In this document: piece after piece, positions 34,263 to 48,935 of the stretch
Layout: the number at the start of each line of letters is the position of its first letter
Numbering within the stretch: position 1 is the stretch's first letter
Source of the DNA: Torpedo marmorata
Taxonomy: Eukaryota
Reading direction: 5' to 3'
DNA: 64,000 nucleotides
Assembly: GCA_977017645.1 (NCBI GenBank)
Contig: OZ360237.1
Span: forward strand, 8,370,001-8,434,000
Translations under genes and position numbers: made by a program
The notes under the pieces: model-generated
Told to the model about the DNA's origin: nothing
Database searches by the model: none
Seen by the model: the letters and a program-made list of their open reading frames with translations, nothing else

Positions 34263-37200
34263 GTCAGTATGGGATGTTTCCCCAATTTTAAATGGTGTTA
34301 GTCTACTTTACAAAAATGGGAAATAGGCACAAACTGAACATATTCTTAGACTTTTCTGTCTTATGTGTCTGAAACCACCCTGATCCCTGAATCCAAGTTG
34401 CTTTTTATTTTATTTAGGCCTTGGACATTTCTCATGGAATCATTGAAATAAAATTGAGGCAACCTTGACTTCATTAACATCTCAAAGTAATTATTTGCTG
34501 ACATATCATATTTCTTATTAAACATGCAATACTCAAGTTTGTAACAGGAGACTAATCATAAGCAAAACATTAGGTATACAAACGAAATAATGTTTAATTA
34601 TTTTCACTCTAGGGAGAAAGTGCCCATTCCTGAAGATGATTTTATATGTGTATGTATTCTTAACATGATTCAAATATGCTTCTATAATCCTCAGAGAGTT
34701 TAATTGTAATTAACAGATCCAAGGCTGCACCTTGTGCGCAGTCATACAGCTGCATTTTTAAAAACTGCACTGTTCAAGTAGCACTTAACTCTTATGCTTT
34801 ATTTAATCTGTAATCCAATAGAATATATTGAGTTCATGAAGATGCATGATATATTTGATCCAGATATTGACTGTATTTGAGGACTACAGCAGTAAGCTAT
34901 TGACTGCAGAGTTGCAGAGTGATTAAGTGAGTTATAATACCCAAAGTCGAAGGCTGAGAGTATTATTGTACAACAGAGGTCAATTCTGTGACCTATGGGC
35001 CAAAGATTCAGTTTATAGACTGAAAGTTGTGGTCACTATTAACTGGACTGAATATTTATTTTAAACTGGGAATCCATTCAGCTCTACCTAGTTCCAATTC
35101 TGTGGCTGTATTGTTTTGTCCATAGAAGTTATCATCTACAAATTGTTGCTTGTTGATAATAATTAAAAGACAGTGATTTATTTTTCAGTAGAGGAATAAA
35201 CCTTCCTCCAACCTGATCAAAGGTGTTTTTATAGAGTTGGTAGAATGAGTTTACTTCTGTCAGTAAAAGCAATATTGTGGATATGAAGGTATTTTACAAT
35301 ATTTCCATTTGAACTACGAGATGCAATAATAATGAATATTGCCATTATAATCATGGCTTACTCTTGGAAAGAAAGAAATGGAGCTTTAGAAATCTCGTGT
35401 GAAGTTTAAATTCAGAGCAATTTCAGGAGTTCAATATATCACACAAAATACATAGTGATTGCCACAACATTAATTTTTAGCTTAAGCCTAATTTTCTTTT
35501 GTTGCATATTGGTATCAAATTAATGTGTAACACCAGATGTATTTCATGCCTTAACATTCTCAAGTCATTAGAAATATAATTCTTGTTTATGTCATCCAGG
35601 GATCATAATTTATGTCTCTCAAATGACTAGACTTGAGTAATTTATGGTCACTGGAATACACGAGGCATATTTTGGACCCATGACACTTTCTCATATCCTT
35701 TGCATTAAGTCCAAATCAGTTGAGTGATTACATATTCTTCCAATATTTTCTGGTCTTAAAGACCATTTCTGAAAGGGTATGATTTGACAGCTTTCTGTAC
35801 ACTTTCCATTATCTATCCAAATGTATGATTGATTGTATGTACTTTGATCATGCAGAGAAACACAACAGAAATTGATGTTAATTTTATACAGTGCCTAGAT
35901 GTGCACTGTCCAGCAGAGGCCATTGGAAAGGAATCAGAGGTGAGAAGCAAAAGCTAAACATCCTAACATTGTCCCAGCTGAGATCAGATTACTCCAGACA
36001 GACCAAGTATTTAACTTGGGACCTACCTTGTCTGGTTCAGTACGACATTCAATAGTGCATTTACCCTGGGGCATTCTGAAGCTAAAATGTACTTATAAAC
36101 CTGCAGTAATACTGTCACAATCATTAAACATTCAACATGAATATCACCATGGAAAGAATCACAACTAAAAATCTTGCGGATTGAGTAAAAACACAAGAAT
36201 GCAAGTAGGGAAATAATAGGTGGGAACAATTTGAAGGTAGCGGTCATTCCCTTGTTTGAGTATGTCTGTACACACAGATTATTGGATATTGTCAAATTTT
36301 AATTAACCAATGCACTTGATGTAATATCCCACATCATTGTAAATCATTGACTTAAAATGTGTTGATGTATTCAAAACATTTCCACTCTATTTTCAACAGA
36401 CTGAATTGCTAGTAGGTCATAATCACATAGAAATTTACTGTGACATGGTTGACAGGACTTGGTTAAGTCCCTGCCCCTGTCATTCATACTAGGACATGAT
36501 AAGCGCCCTGTTAATGGGTTATTTACCATTTGAGGTAAAACCATGACAGTGGGATCCCTCCATATAATGTAACATCTTGTCCGTTCATTGAAATGCTTGT
36601 TATCTTAATATAAAGATGCAGTGAAACTTAGAATTAAAATACACTGGATATTTAAAAAAAAACACCTTTACCAACAAAAAAATGTAATTAAAAATTCTGT
36701 CTTTGGAAATCATGGGTTGAGATTTCTGAGGAATTTTGTTTTGCAGAAAATACCCCTTCCTGTGAGCCATTAAATGCTTCTGTACATATTTAGGCTGCTA
36801 TGCAGGCAGTAGCATAGATTACATAAATATTTTGCCTATTAACTATGTCAAGTTATTCTTTAAAAAGATAAGGGGCCCTACCGACTGTTAAAATGTACTT
36901 GCAATGAAGGTCCAGGCTTCAGCTGTGAGCATAATTAATGTGCATCAGGTTTCCACGTCACCTGAAAGCTCAACGTCTCTGACTAAATACTCAGTCATTT
37001 CCATGAGAAACTAAAGTTTTGAAAGATAGCCCTAAGCCTTAACTTTGTGCTGTCAATACTTGACAAATCTGGATGAATTTTATAAATCTTCAATTTTAGT
37101 GGTGTCATTAAACCATTTTATGTGTTTAATCAGCACAAATGCATTCTAAGATCTCACAATAGAGTTTCACCAGTGTAATTTTATTAACTTTGAGGAAAAG

Positions 37201-38229
37201 ATCTGTTGAATATTTAAACTATTATTGATAATAGTTTTAGGTTTTGTGCAGTACAATTTTTACTTAAAAATATATTGAAACTTAAAACATCTCCTTAAAG
37301 ATTTAGTTACATTTTGGAGAAGGCATTTTCAGTCATCTGAACATTATTGCACTGAATAGTGATATGATCCTTGCACGATTCACATCTGAAGCATTACAAT
37401 TAAACAACCATCTATAAAGGGAACAAGACTGTGGATAAGAGTTTCATTAGCAGATGAGCTGCGAAGGTGAGTGTGGGTCGCGGGAGAGAGGTGTGTGACC
37501 ATTTCTGTGTCCTTTTCCATTCTTTAAGTAACATTATAATTTTAGAATCAGATTGCGATGTCATTCTATATTGTCGCACTGGAACTTTGTTAGTGAAGTC
37601 ATCTGCAAATACTTATGCTTGTCATAGAATGGGACAGAACACTAGTGCAGTGACATGGCAGATTTAAAAAGTACTCAGGCAGAAAAACCAACAGGCTTCA
37701 TAAAAATTTGCTATAAGTAGTCTTAATATTTATATTGGGAGCTCAGTTCACCAAAGTATTCAAAATTTAATAGAGCATTGTGCACACATCTATGCATGTA
37801 TAATAAGATCAATCCAGTTAGAATAAGATGACATTAATATTCCTGCCATTTCTCCAGCCATTTCTTATTCAATCGCAAGCCCTTTAGGCAGCTCCATGTT
37901 ACTGGACTGAACACATTTCATCAGCCCATTGCATTGCAATTTGTCTTTTGTGTTGATGTGAATCTCACTGGACAGCATATTTTGAAATTAATGAAGGCAG
38001 GTTGTCAGTTGCTCTTTTATCTCTACTTTGGAAACTTCTGAACTCAAATCTCTCTTCAGAATCAAGATTCTGTCAATTGACAAATATCCTGTATTACATG
38101 TGCACAAATGCCCTCTAACTAAATATTGGGAAGACCAAAGCCTTTGTCTTGGATTCTGTTGCAAACACCAACCTTTTGATTCTATCCATTGCTCCCTTTG
38201 CCCCTGAGTATCATTAACTTTACATGAGT

Positions 38230-38940
38230 CGAGTGACAATTACTACTTCTGTCACCCATCTCTCTCCACTGCTCATCTGCTGATGAAACCCTCATCCACA
38301 ATTTTGCTCCATCCACATATGGCTGTTCTAATATACTACTTTCTATCCTCGATCATTCTTTCCTTGTCTACTTTATGTCATCCAACGTTCTGTCGCACGT
38401 ATCATAATCTTCACAGTGCCATGTACATCGATCTCTCCAATGCTGAGTGGCTGAGTTGATTTCTGGTGAAAGTAGAATACAAGTTTAAAATTATTATCCC
38501 TATTTTCAAATCCTTCCTTCCATTGTGTTGTTGCTCTATACATTTGTAATCTTTTTCTTAAAAGGATGAGAATTGGCTAAGAGGATTGTTCTGTGGGGAG
38601 ATAGCATTGTCCCGGTGGACTGAATCGCCTGTGCATTCACAATTCTATAGCTGATGTTGCACATCTGTGCTTCTCCAATTTTGACCTTTTAAGTATGTCT
38701 ACATTTGATGGCTCTATCATTGAAAACTGTGCCTTCTGTTGAAAATATTCAAAGCTTTAATTTTCTCTACCTTTCTACCTTACTTTCTTTTGTTAAGGCA
38801 CCCTTAAATTATTTACATTTGTCATATTGATCATCTGCATTAATATCTTATGTGTCCATTACCACATTTCATTTGATGATGCTCATATAAAGTACTTGAC
38901 AATATTAAAGGTGCTATATAAATACATGTTGATGTTGTCC
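38230..38940 (+). mobile_element. Old L2-like LINE 3' fragment
   Basis: GAAACCCTCATCCAC (ETLIH) resembles the L2 ETLIHAF motif. Tail AAAGGTGCTATATAAATACATGTTGATGTTG. Confidence 0.6.
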
Positions 38941-41900
38941 ATACCACAGTGCAGAACAAATGGTGCTTTCACTGTTGCAATTGCTCACTTTCAGATGAGA
39001 TCTGAAACTAAGAGCCTCCATACATTCTCAGGTAGATGTAAAAGTTGACACTTTGTGACATGCTGAGTTTCTGAAAGATGAATCATAAATCACAAGCATG
39101 ATTGTTTTTCTCTTTAGTTTTAACCACATCAATGCCTATAGGGTAGTTTTTCCCAATGGCCCTTCTCTAGTAATAAAACTTTATATGTTTTCGAATGCAG
39201 ATATATGGCATTATATTCACACACACATACAGGCAGATAACCATTTTCCTTTGTTTCTGATTAGAGAATAATGTGAAATTAACTTTGAAATTTATGGTTG
39301 TTAATCCCTCATTTGTCAGTATAAATATTGGTTTCAAATTGGAACATTTAAGAAAGGAAAATAGAACTTTTTTATTCAAAATTGACCAGAAAGTGGGATG
39401 TTCAAGTTTGTGATGCTACAATACAATTAAGAAATCAGCATGAGTAATGGAGTGACAATCTGAATCTAATTTAGAATAGAGAATCATCTAATCATGAAGT
39501 GAGTTTACACGATGTCGCTGGGACAATTGGCAATACCCAGGTTGCGCTTTTTTCATCAGTCACTATAAGGAATTTAAACTCCACAGGTCTTGCCCATACT
39601 CTACCAAAGCTGTTGTTGGAGACAGTGTAATCCCGGTTGGACCTCCATATATGAAGCACAAAGAGAGTCCAAACAAACAATACATTGCTCATTGGTCTCA
39701 GGTCCCTTGTTTGAGTACAGCCTCCATGTCATCTTTAATCACACCATAAAAACAGCATTACTAAGCTATCATGGAGTTCAACCACAAGTGTAACCAGCGG
39801 GCAAAGGCTAACAGACATTGTTCTAAGTACCGGTGCTGCATCTGTCAGTGATTTATTTCACAGCTAGGTTTTTCTAAAGCTCACACTGTTCCATGGAGGC
39901 AGACCTTGCCTCTTTGGCATTAGTGGGGGCTAATTTATCAATACACAATTCAGCTGTAAAATGAAGTTTAAATGCTTTCCCTTTTCTACAGTAAAGGCAC
40001 AGCTTTCAGTTTAGAATTCAACCCTATGGAAACACTATTTGTGGTTTTATTATTTCCACCTTTCTTCTTTTACTTGTTGAAAGTTGTAATTTTAGGACAT
40101 TGAAGGTATTTGGTGATAGTTATTACAGCTGAGTTCTGATATACACACGGCCAATTTATTAAAGTTTTGTGAACTGCATTTTAATGTTAAAAGAGCAATG
40201 ATTTGGTGTCCTGGTATTCTGTGCTTGCATCAGGTATGTGTTTATCAGCCATCGACCATGCTATGTCTCAGTTTGCAGAGCTTAAAAGAAATTAATGTTT
40301 CGGTCTGGCATGTTAAAAACTGTGCAGACCAATACTTCACATCTTAAAAAGGCAAAGCTTAGTTGCGGTATTTTACGCTGTCCTTGTCTTTAGAGAGAAG
40401 TAGAATTCAGCATTTGGAAATACTGGAATGGTATTTGTTTTATTAAATTTAACATAAGAGCTAGCTGTAATGCTAAAATAATAAAAACAGACCCATTTTC
40501 ATCATAAATCCTATCTAAAATGTAATTATGCCTGTCAAATTATAGCCACGTGACTAAGTGATGTACTATATCTAATCTACATATCTTTTTACATCTAGAA
40601 GCTAATAAATTCCTTAAGTAAGAATGGTTTTTTTAATAGTGTAAAATACACTTTCCATCTTCATGGCCATCCCTCCCAGCACTCTTTCAAGTAATTATAT
40701 TGGCAGATAGTTTATTATGATAATGGGGATGACTTAACTGGGAACCTCGATTTAATGGAGACTTGCATTCTAAAAGCTTTGTGCTTTTGAACCATCCTCT
40801 CCACAGGTTCTTTCTGATTGTTCCTTCCACATTCCCCTAGGATACAACGTAACAAAATGTAAATATATTCATTTTGTTTAATGAAATATTTTGTTTTTAA
40901 AATAAACTTTTCTAACTAGTTTTATTAAAAAAACAAAAATAAAAAAAACAAGCACTTTCATTTGCACTTTCTCAGGAATGATGTTGCATATTAAATTACA
41001 TGCATATTTTTCAGAGTAAAATAGTTTTTCAAAAAATAAGTTCACGGGGTTAGTCCTTGTGTAAACACTTGTGAAGTGGCAATTGTCCCCAAAACACTAT
41101 AATGAGGTTAATGGTAGAAATATATTGCAGCAGTTAACATTTCAGATCATCGAATCAGACACTAGGGATGATATTACACAGATATGGCATTGGGAGATTA
41201 TGCATATCTCATTAGTTTAAAGCAGAGAAGAATAATATGGCGCAAAATCCTGATCTATTCAAATGTGATACTCCCAGAAGAAAATTAAATCTTTTTCATG
41301 TGCACATAAGTGATTGTGATTTGGCTTTTCAATGTTATTGGGAAGACAATCTCTGTTCTTGATGCCAGCACCCTTGGAACTTCTAATAGGTTTTGTTAAA
41401 ACTACACTTCTAATGCTGCAAAATAATTGGGTGACTTCTTTAGAAAAATGGTAACTGAATAATCAAAAAAGAGATACATATTTTAGCTGAATACTGCAAG
41501 CTTATGCATGTTATAATAATTTGCATGTATATTCATTACATATATTTAACCTGATACATATTGGTTTTCATAATTCCATAACACTAATTTTTGATTGGTT
41601 TATCAGTTGATATATAAAGAACCAACATTGTTTTAATAAGGTTTTACATTCAGTCTATTTAGATTGGAACCAAAGCTGGGCTAAATTTTCACCTTTAATT
41701 TGCAGCAGTGCTATTTCTAATGCAAAGCAAAAAACAAAAACTGGCTTTGAATTTAGAAGGGAGGAAATTCTACTTTTGTCTTTATTGTCAGCCACTGTCA
41801 TCCAACTTTCTGAACAGTCTAGAGCTTCTGATATATTTCACTGCACATTTATAGATGTTCATCATGGATGATATGTTTCTTTTGTTTATCCCCATGCTTA

Positions 41901-43025
41901 TCACTTTCTATCTTTTTAGAATCAGTTTAATTTCATCAAGAGAAATTACTTATTGATTTAAAATATTTTGTTTGATCATCTCCTTCTAATATTCAGCTTA
42001 AGAAAATGGAGAGAACGGGACAAAAAAAAATTCAGGCGACTGTAAGGGAAGCAAATGCTTCTCTCCCGCTTGACATCCCCTCACTGCACATACCTGCAAT
42101 GCCAACCTCCTAGTGTCTCGACAGGAAGGACTGAAAATGTCACTGCCACAGCTGCTGATGCAGAATCTGTACTTGTGTCAGCACTCAGGTCAAACTGCGT
42201 TGGCCCAAACAGTGTTAGCATTGTTGTGCCAAGCTAAATATTTTGCCCACTGGGTCTACAAGTGAATTGAAAAGTTTTAATCAAAAGTTAAAAAAATCAG
42301 TATTCCAGCCAAATGTTGACTGGTGGTTTATGACTGGCAGATAGTGCTTATACTTAGTTAACTCCTCCAAGTTTAGTGCAGATGATTTTCCTGAGAACCT
42401 AAAAAAATATTAAAGGCATTATATTTTACAAAAACTTCCATTCATTTTCTATTTCCTCCCATATTTTTATGGATGGCAGTACCTCATGTTTGGATACATG
42501 ATCAAACACAAGCAATTACTTTCTGTATATGATATATAATCCCACACAGTGGACATTTAGTGGACATGGAAGACAAATACTTGTTGATTGACGCAGTGTT
42601 ATATTTCTTGAATGGTTTGACTTTCAATGGAAAACAAATGATGAAGAGTTTCCTTCCAGGTAGGCAATCCACAACTATGCGTTTCCTCTCCTAACCTGCC
42701 TCCCTCTTCAATCCCAAACACGTTAAAATGATCTCCATTGAGTGCGAGATGGTACTTGACAAGAGTATTTTCAATACTGAATTGAACACTAATATGACCT
42801 GTTCCATTTGCAACAGGAATCACAAGATACATTTCAAGGGTGGGGAATCTTTCAAATTTTCCTTTAATATTGACCTATATGATAGCCACTCCTTCTACTA
42901 CTTCTAAAGAAAGGCTATTGGGCTAAAATGTTCACTCTGTTACTTTGCCCCCATCTCCTGTCAGACCTGCTAAGTATTTCTATGCATTTCTGTTTGGATT
43001 TAATCTGTATTTCTAGCATCTAGAG

Positions 43026-43263
43026 CAGCTATTCTCAACGGGGCCATACGACGACCCCCTTCCACCCCCCCCCCCCCGGGAGCTACAGCACATTATAGGT
43101 GGCCATGGACTGAAATCATATAATTTTTTAAAAATTGTTATGTAGTTGTTAGAAGAATACGGAAGGAACCAACTAAACTTGACTGCTTCACAGGGAAGGT
43201 GGCCCATACACTTTGAACAGAGTCCAAAGGGGCCATAGCCAAAAGCAAGGTTGAGAATGGTTG
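43026..43263. mobile_element. hAT/Charlie-type MITE, same family as 17870-18097
   Basis: TIRs CAGCTATTCTCAAC and GTTGAGAATGGTTG; TSD ATCTAGAG/ATCTGGAG; internal sequence collinear with the first copy. Confidence 0.9.
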
Positions 43264-46200
43264 ATCTGGAGCATTGTGCTTACACTAGTTTAAATTCCAC
43301 TCTGACAATTTCAAATAATTATTCTTGTTTAACATCTTTTCTAGAGTTTTGATCCTTTGCACTATGGCTTTTTATTCACTTAATCTCTCCTGTCTGCCAC
43401 TCAATGACAGATTTTCCTGTGTTCCCTCTTTCCCTCCCCAAATTCTCCGCATCTTAAAACTCATTTATCTCTAACTATCCTCAGTTCTCCTAAAAGATCA
43501 TTGACCTTAAAAAATACCTCTATTTCTCTTGCCACAGATGCTGTGTTGTCCCCAGTAATCCAACATTTCCTTTGTTATGACAATGTATGAAACAGAGTTT
43601 GGTAAATCTGAGCAAAATCTGAGCAAATTTGAGCAAAAGAATAAATGCCTCAAAAGATGCTGAAATTACAAACAGCAAAGTCTCAAATGATGTATCTGAT
43701 TTTTAATCCCCTCAACACAAGACGGGATTGTAATTAATGGTGCCCTTATCCCAAGAATTGATTAAAGCAGAGTCATTGGGAAATCGTGAAGACAAGAGAT
43801 CTGAGTCACAATTACTGCTAATGAAGAGCTTTAGTTACTGAATCCTCGGGTCTACCTTAGTCCAAAATGCTCAACATTTATACTTTCTTTCACCATCTAG
43901 GATGAATTATGGAACATTATCTCATTAATCTTAAGATCATGGTATTTTAACGTAGGTTATGATGACTTGATTGACAATGTTATGAGATCATTGCCTTGAA
44001 ACTTCTATCTGTTGAGAACAGGGTGTTTTTTATTGGCTTTAGTTTGTATACTTTACTCAGTGGGAGAAGTTACCTCTGTCTTTGCCTGAGAGCAAATCTG
44101 GGAGCATTTGATGCTGTCATTGGTGCTGGAAATGTCTAGAGCGCAACATTTTCCATTCCCAGCATTGACATACTGTGACAGAGGCCTTATGAATGTTTCT
44201 GCTGTGGTTGATATAACGTCTGCTGCAGCTCAGATTTTCCCTGCTGTCCAAGACGGCAATAGGTGTTTCGGACCTGGCTCCAATTGTGTATGTTTTAAGA
44301 GCAGAGCCTTCTTGAGTCCATAAGTCAACAAGGTAGTTCCTTCACTTCCAATATTGCCAAGGCTTATGTCATTTGTGAGGCAAACCACAACTTTATAATT
44401 GGTTGCCGAGTTTTGATTTCAAGGTAAAAGTGGTAGTACTAGAAACGTGCATCTGTGTGAAAGTTGCAAGTTGGTAATTGGTGCAAAAATGTATTTGAAC
44501 CTTTGTCTTGCTTGATGATGGAATGGATGGACCAACAACTGGTGCTCTGCGCTTAGTTGCTACATGTCAGGCAGACTGAAGACGGTGGAATTTTCCTTGA
44601 CACAATGTAATCATTGGATGTGATCATTCTTTAGAGCTGCTTGTGATGGTGCTTGGTGTTTTTTTTTGTCATTTGTAGTAAACAAATGTAAAGCCAATGG
44701 ATGCCATTCTCTGGATGCATGGTCCCAAAACCAATTCACTTAAAACCAATCTCCACAGCACTAGATGCACACAGGTATGATGCCCTTTGAGCCACAAAAA
44801 AAAATGAACAAAGAGATTTAATTCTTTGGAAAAACATGTAAAATAAGAAAAGAAAGTTGTTGAAGATCATCCATGCAAATATTAGTGTAAGGGAAAGAGA
44901 TGTAATCCTGTTCAAGACATGGACATCAGCACTATGGTTGACAAACTTAACGAGCAAGGGCACTCCCTACATATCAATTGAGTACCAGGCTTGGTGACAA
45001 GACATTGATTCACAATTCTGGTCTATCTTTTAAGAAGCAGATAAGGATTGCCATACTCAAAGCTGTGGGACGGTACTGTTCCGGATGGAAAGCATTTCTG
45101 TATCAAAGGGCTGCATGTGCATGGCAGTAATTAAAATGCAGTGGTTTGGGCTGACTGTACTGGCATTGAGGCAGAGTGTTGTTGAAAATGAGTGCATTGT
45201 GCAGGCGGTTACTTTCCTGCATTTTTCTCCAAATACACATAATTTTCTACAAACATTAATCCCAGTGCACACTCTTCTGTGGCTGGTTTGCTGACAATCC
45301 AAAACCATTCAGAGTTGAAAGTATTTTTCCCTATCAAACCTCTCATTGTGGGTTTATGCATTGACTATTTTTATTCTGCTTGTTTGTATTGCTTCAGCTA
45401 AATTGAAAATGAGACCATTTTCTGTTTGTATTGAAAGGGTTGTTTTTTTTTGCTTGATTTATTCCCCTCTAATTCCCCTTCCCCATTTAGAAAGTACCCG
45501 CATGTTATCCAATTACTGTTACTGGTGAATGGTCTGATATCATTGCTATTATAAATAGTCTCTGTCAGACTCACTGGATAAAGGAAGTCAGTTCTTCGTT
45601 ACTACTTAAAGAGAGGATCTAAATGTTGTGTATAGCCGCATAAAGTAGATCCGTTGAAAGGCACTAACTGTGCCGAGATTTTTAAATAAATAAATAAAAC
45701 AGACTATATACATATTAGTTTAAAAATAATTTCCTGTATTCATCCTGCATTTATTTTTCATTAAGTTTAAAAAACTTAAAGAAGCCATTTAAAGAAATTA
45801 ATGCTTCTTAATACCAAAATATATTCACACTGATGCACTTGTCATCTCATAATTGAATTAAAAATTCACTTTTATAAACTTTCACTTCATGTCTCTTATT
45901 ACAAGAATGTTCTCCCCAGCTAATTTCATGGCATAATCAGCAGAGGAATTTAATTGATATCAAGGACTATTGTGCCGAGTTTATCACAGTCAATGACCAT
46001 AAGGCAGCTGCAATCTTTATGCTTTAGCATATATTAGCATGTTAGTTTTAAGATGCTTGTCTTAATATTCAAACACTTCCACAGACTTGAATCATTTTAC
46101 TGTCATGTTTTCATATCCATAGGTTGAGCTATTCATTTCTGTTGCTCCATCATTGTTGATCATCTTTTAGCCACTGTTTTTATTAACCCTCTTTTAATCC

Positions 46201-46291
46201 TTGCCACTTCTAGTTTATAAACTTAACTGAACTTATTACTTTTGCTTGTGTTGTCAGGCTAATGGCCTAGTTTTATGTTTCTTATTTATTT

Positions 46292-46557
46292 GGGGTGGCA
46301 TGGTTAGCGTAGCGGTTAGCGCAATGCTGTTACAGCGCCAGTGACTGGGGTTAAAATCCGGCGCTGTCTGTAAGGAGTTTGTATGTTCTCCCTGTGTCTG
46401 TGTGGGTTTCCTCTGGGTGCTCCGGTTTCCTCCCACCATTCAAAAAATATATGGGAGTTGTAGCTCAATTGGGTGCAATTGGGCATCATGGGCTCGAGGG
46501 CCAAAAGGGCCTGTTACTTGCGTGCTGTATGTCTAAAATTTTTTTTTTAATTAAAAA
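46292..46557 (+). mobile_element. tRNA-derived V-SINE (HE1-like)
   Basis: GGGGTGGCATGGTTAGCGTAGCGGTTAGCG head, degenerate B-box GGTTAAAATCC, V-domain, GGGCCTGTT...GTGCTGTATGTC end and AT-rich tail. Confidence 0.9.
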
Positions 46558-47344
46558 TTGTTTGCTCATTGTCCATCGTTTTACCTTTGCCTTGTGAAGC
46601 TCTCTAAAATGTTTTAACATGTGTGTTTTTTTAAAATAAAACCAGTTGTTCACATAATTATCTACAATTGTACATGAATAATCAATACCTTTAATGAATT
46701 AAATTATTTCTTAATTAAATACAAATACGTAGAAATGCACATTGTTCTACTTATTTAATAATTTGACTTTAATTGGGGAAAATACAGGTCACTTAATCTC
46801 GAAATGAAATGCTTATGTAATGAGTTTAAATACAGCAAAATGGTATAGTCTTCATGTGTGCCTGTTCTCAGTGTTCTTGAAACTTTCAGCGTTGTATGAA
46901 TTGAAAAAGAGTTCACTTCCCAGGTTTAGCATTCTTTGGAGTGAAAAGCAGAGGAAGAAAAGTCCAATTAACTTAAATATGTTGATCCACTGACTAAAAG
47001 TAGGAACATTTTGACTCCAGCCATGGTTGGAATGTATGTGATAATCGTAACATAAAGCCCCTTCCAAGAGATATCTCCTTTTCTGTTTGTTTTCTGAATG
47101 TTATTTCTTGAACTAATTCCAACTCCCTGACAAGGAACTATTCAATAAAAAAGCACCATTATGTCACTATAACATATAATGGCCAACACTGTCAGATCCT
47201 CAATATTATCGCTTGCCTCCCATTGATTCCTGGCATACAAGTCAGAGTTGACCACAAATATAGATAATGTCATCAAAGAGCAACATTAAATGGGAAAAGG
47301 AGGAGCAAAGATTTGAACCTGAGAATAACTTGTCAGGTGCAATA

Positions 47345-47522
47345 AACAATCTGCTGGAGGAAATCAGCAGGTCAAGACTGATATGAGTAGCATGACAAAG
47401 GGTTCTGCCCAAAATGTTGACCATTCTTTTTCTCTCCCTGGTGCTGCTCGACTTTCTGAGTCCCCAGCAGGTTGTTTTTTTTTGCTACAGATTCCAGCAT
47501 CTGCAGTCTCTTGTGTGTCTCT
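47345..47522. mobile_element. Penelope-type remnant with partial inverted arrangement
   Basis: AATCTGCTGGAGGAAATCAGCAGGTCAAG faces CTCGACTTTCTGAGTCCCCAGCAGGTT; ends ATTCCAGCATCTGCAGTCTCTTGTGT. Confidence 0.5.
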
Positions 47523-47777
47523 AGTACTTCTAACGTGGTTGTCTGGGGAGGAGGAATGACCAAATATAAATGAACCATAAAATGGATGGCTACGGAGTTC
47601 AAGGCAAAGCAGCCTATATTGAAACTCAAGAATGTTTTCCGTGTTTTGCATTGAGTGGCAGCTGTGGAAGTGTGATGACGTTAACTGGTAGAAGCTGATG
47701 TCAGATGGAAGTTTCCTTATTCCGTGCATCGGTAGTCCAATTGGTAATCCAAGTACAAACGCACATGAAGTCAATAC

Positions 47778-48935
47778 ATCAGAATCAGAATCAGAATCAG
47801 AATTTATTGTCATGAACAAGTCATGAAATTTGGTGTTTTGTGGCAGCATCATAGGGCAATTAACATTCATATTAACCATCTTACAACATTACTATAAAAA
47901 ATTATAAATAATAGTGCACGAAAAGTAAGGCAGTGTCTTTGGTTCATTGATTATTCAGGAATCTGATGGCAGCGGGGAAGAAGCTGTCCTTGTGCCGTTG
48001 AGTGCTCGCCTTTAGGCTCCTGTACCTTTTTCCCGATGGAAGCAGAGTGAAGAGGGCATGGCCTGGGTGGTGGGGGTCTTTGAGGATAGAGGCTGCTTTT
48101 TTAAGACACCACCTCATGTAGATGTCCTCGATGGAGTGAAGTTTGGTGCCTGTGATGTCACAGGCCGAGTTAACAACCCTCTGGAGTTTACTCTTGTCCT
48201 GACAGTTGGTGCCTCCATACCAGGCAGTGATGCAACCAGCCAGAATGCTCTCCACGGTACACCTGTAGAAGTTTACGAGAGTCTTTGGTGACATACTGAA
48301 TCTCCGCAGACACCTCACAAAGTATAGCCGCTGACGAGCCTTCTTTGTGATTGCATCAACGTGGATGTTCCAGGACAGATCCTCGGAGATGTTGACACCC
48401 AGGAATTTGAAGTTCTTGACCCTCTCCACTACTGAACCCGCGATGAGGACTGGGTCATGTTCCCCTGACTTCCTCCTGAAGTCCACAATCATCTCCTTGG
48501 TTTTGCTGATGTTGAGCTCAAGGTTGTTGTCATTACACCATTCAATGAGCTGATCTATCTCCCTCCTGTACGCTTCCTCATTGTCGTTTGTGATTCTGCC
48601 GACAACTGTGGTGTCATCGGCAAACTTGTAGATGGCATTGGAATTGTGCCTGGCCACACAGTCATGGGTGTATAATGAGTAGAGCAGTGGACTAAGCACG
48701 CATCCTTGGGGTGTGCCTGTGTTGATAATCAGTGAGGAGGAGACGTTGTTTCCAATTCGTACTGACTGTGGTCTTCCGATGAGAAAGTCAAGGATCCAGT
48801 TGCAGAGTGGGGTACAGAGGCCTAGAGTTTGTAGCTTCTTGACCAGCACTGAGGGAATAATGGTATTGAAGGCCGAGCTGTAGTCGATGAAGAGCAGCCG
48901 TATGTATGAGTTGCTGTTTTCGAGGTGATCCAGAG
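47778..48935 (-). mobile_element. 5'-truncated Rex1/Babar LINE with an uninterrupted RT C-terminal frame
   Basis: ORF 47944-48993 matches Rex from [22 protein letters not shown] to RFLNNQ; its first ~20 codons are flank. (TCTGAT)n tail at 47778-47803. Confidence 0.95.

Noticed and set aside
43363-43385. miR-135-like start TATGGCTTTTTATTC
   Set aside because: Only the first 15 nt match, no star arm is visible, and it lies in a decayed repeat remnant.
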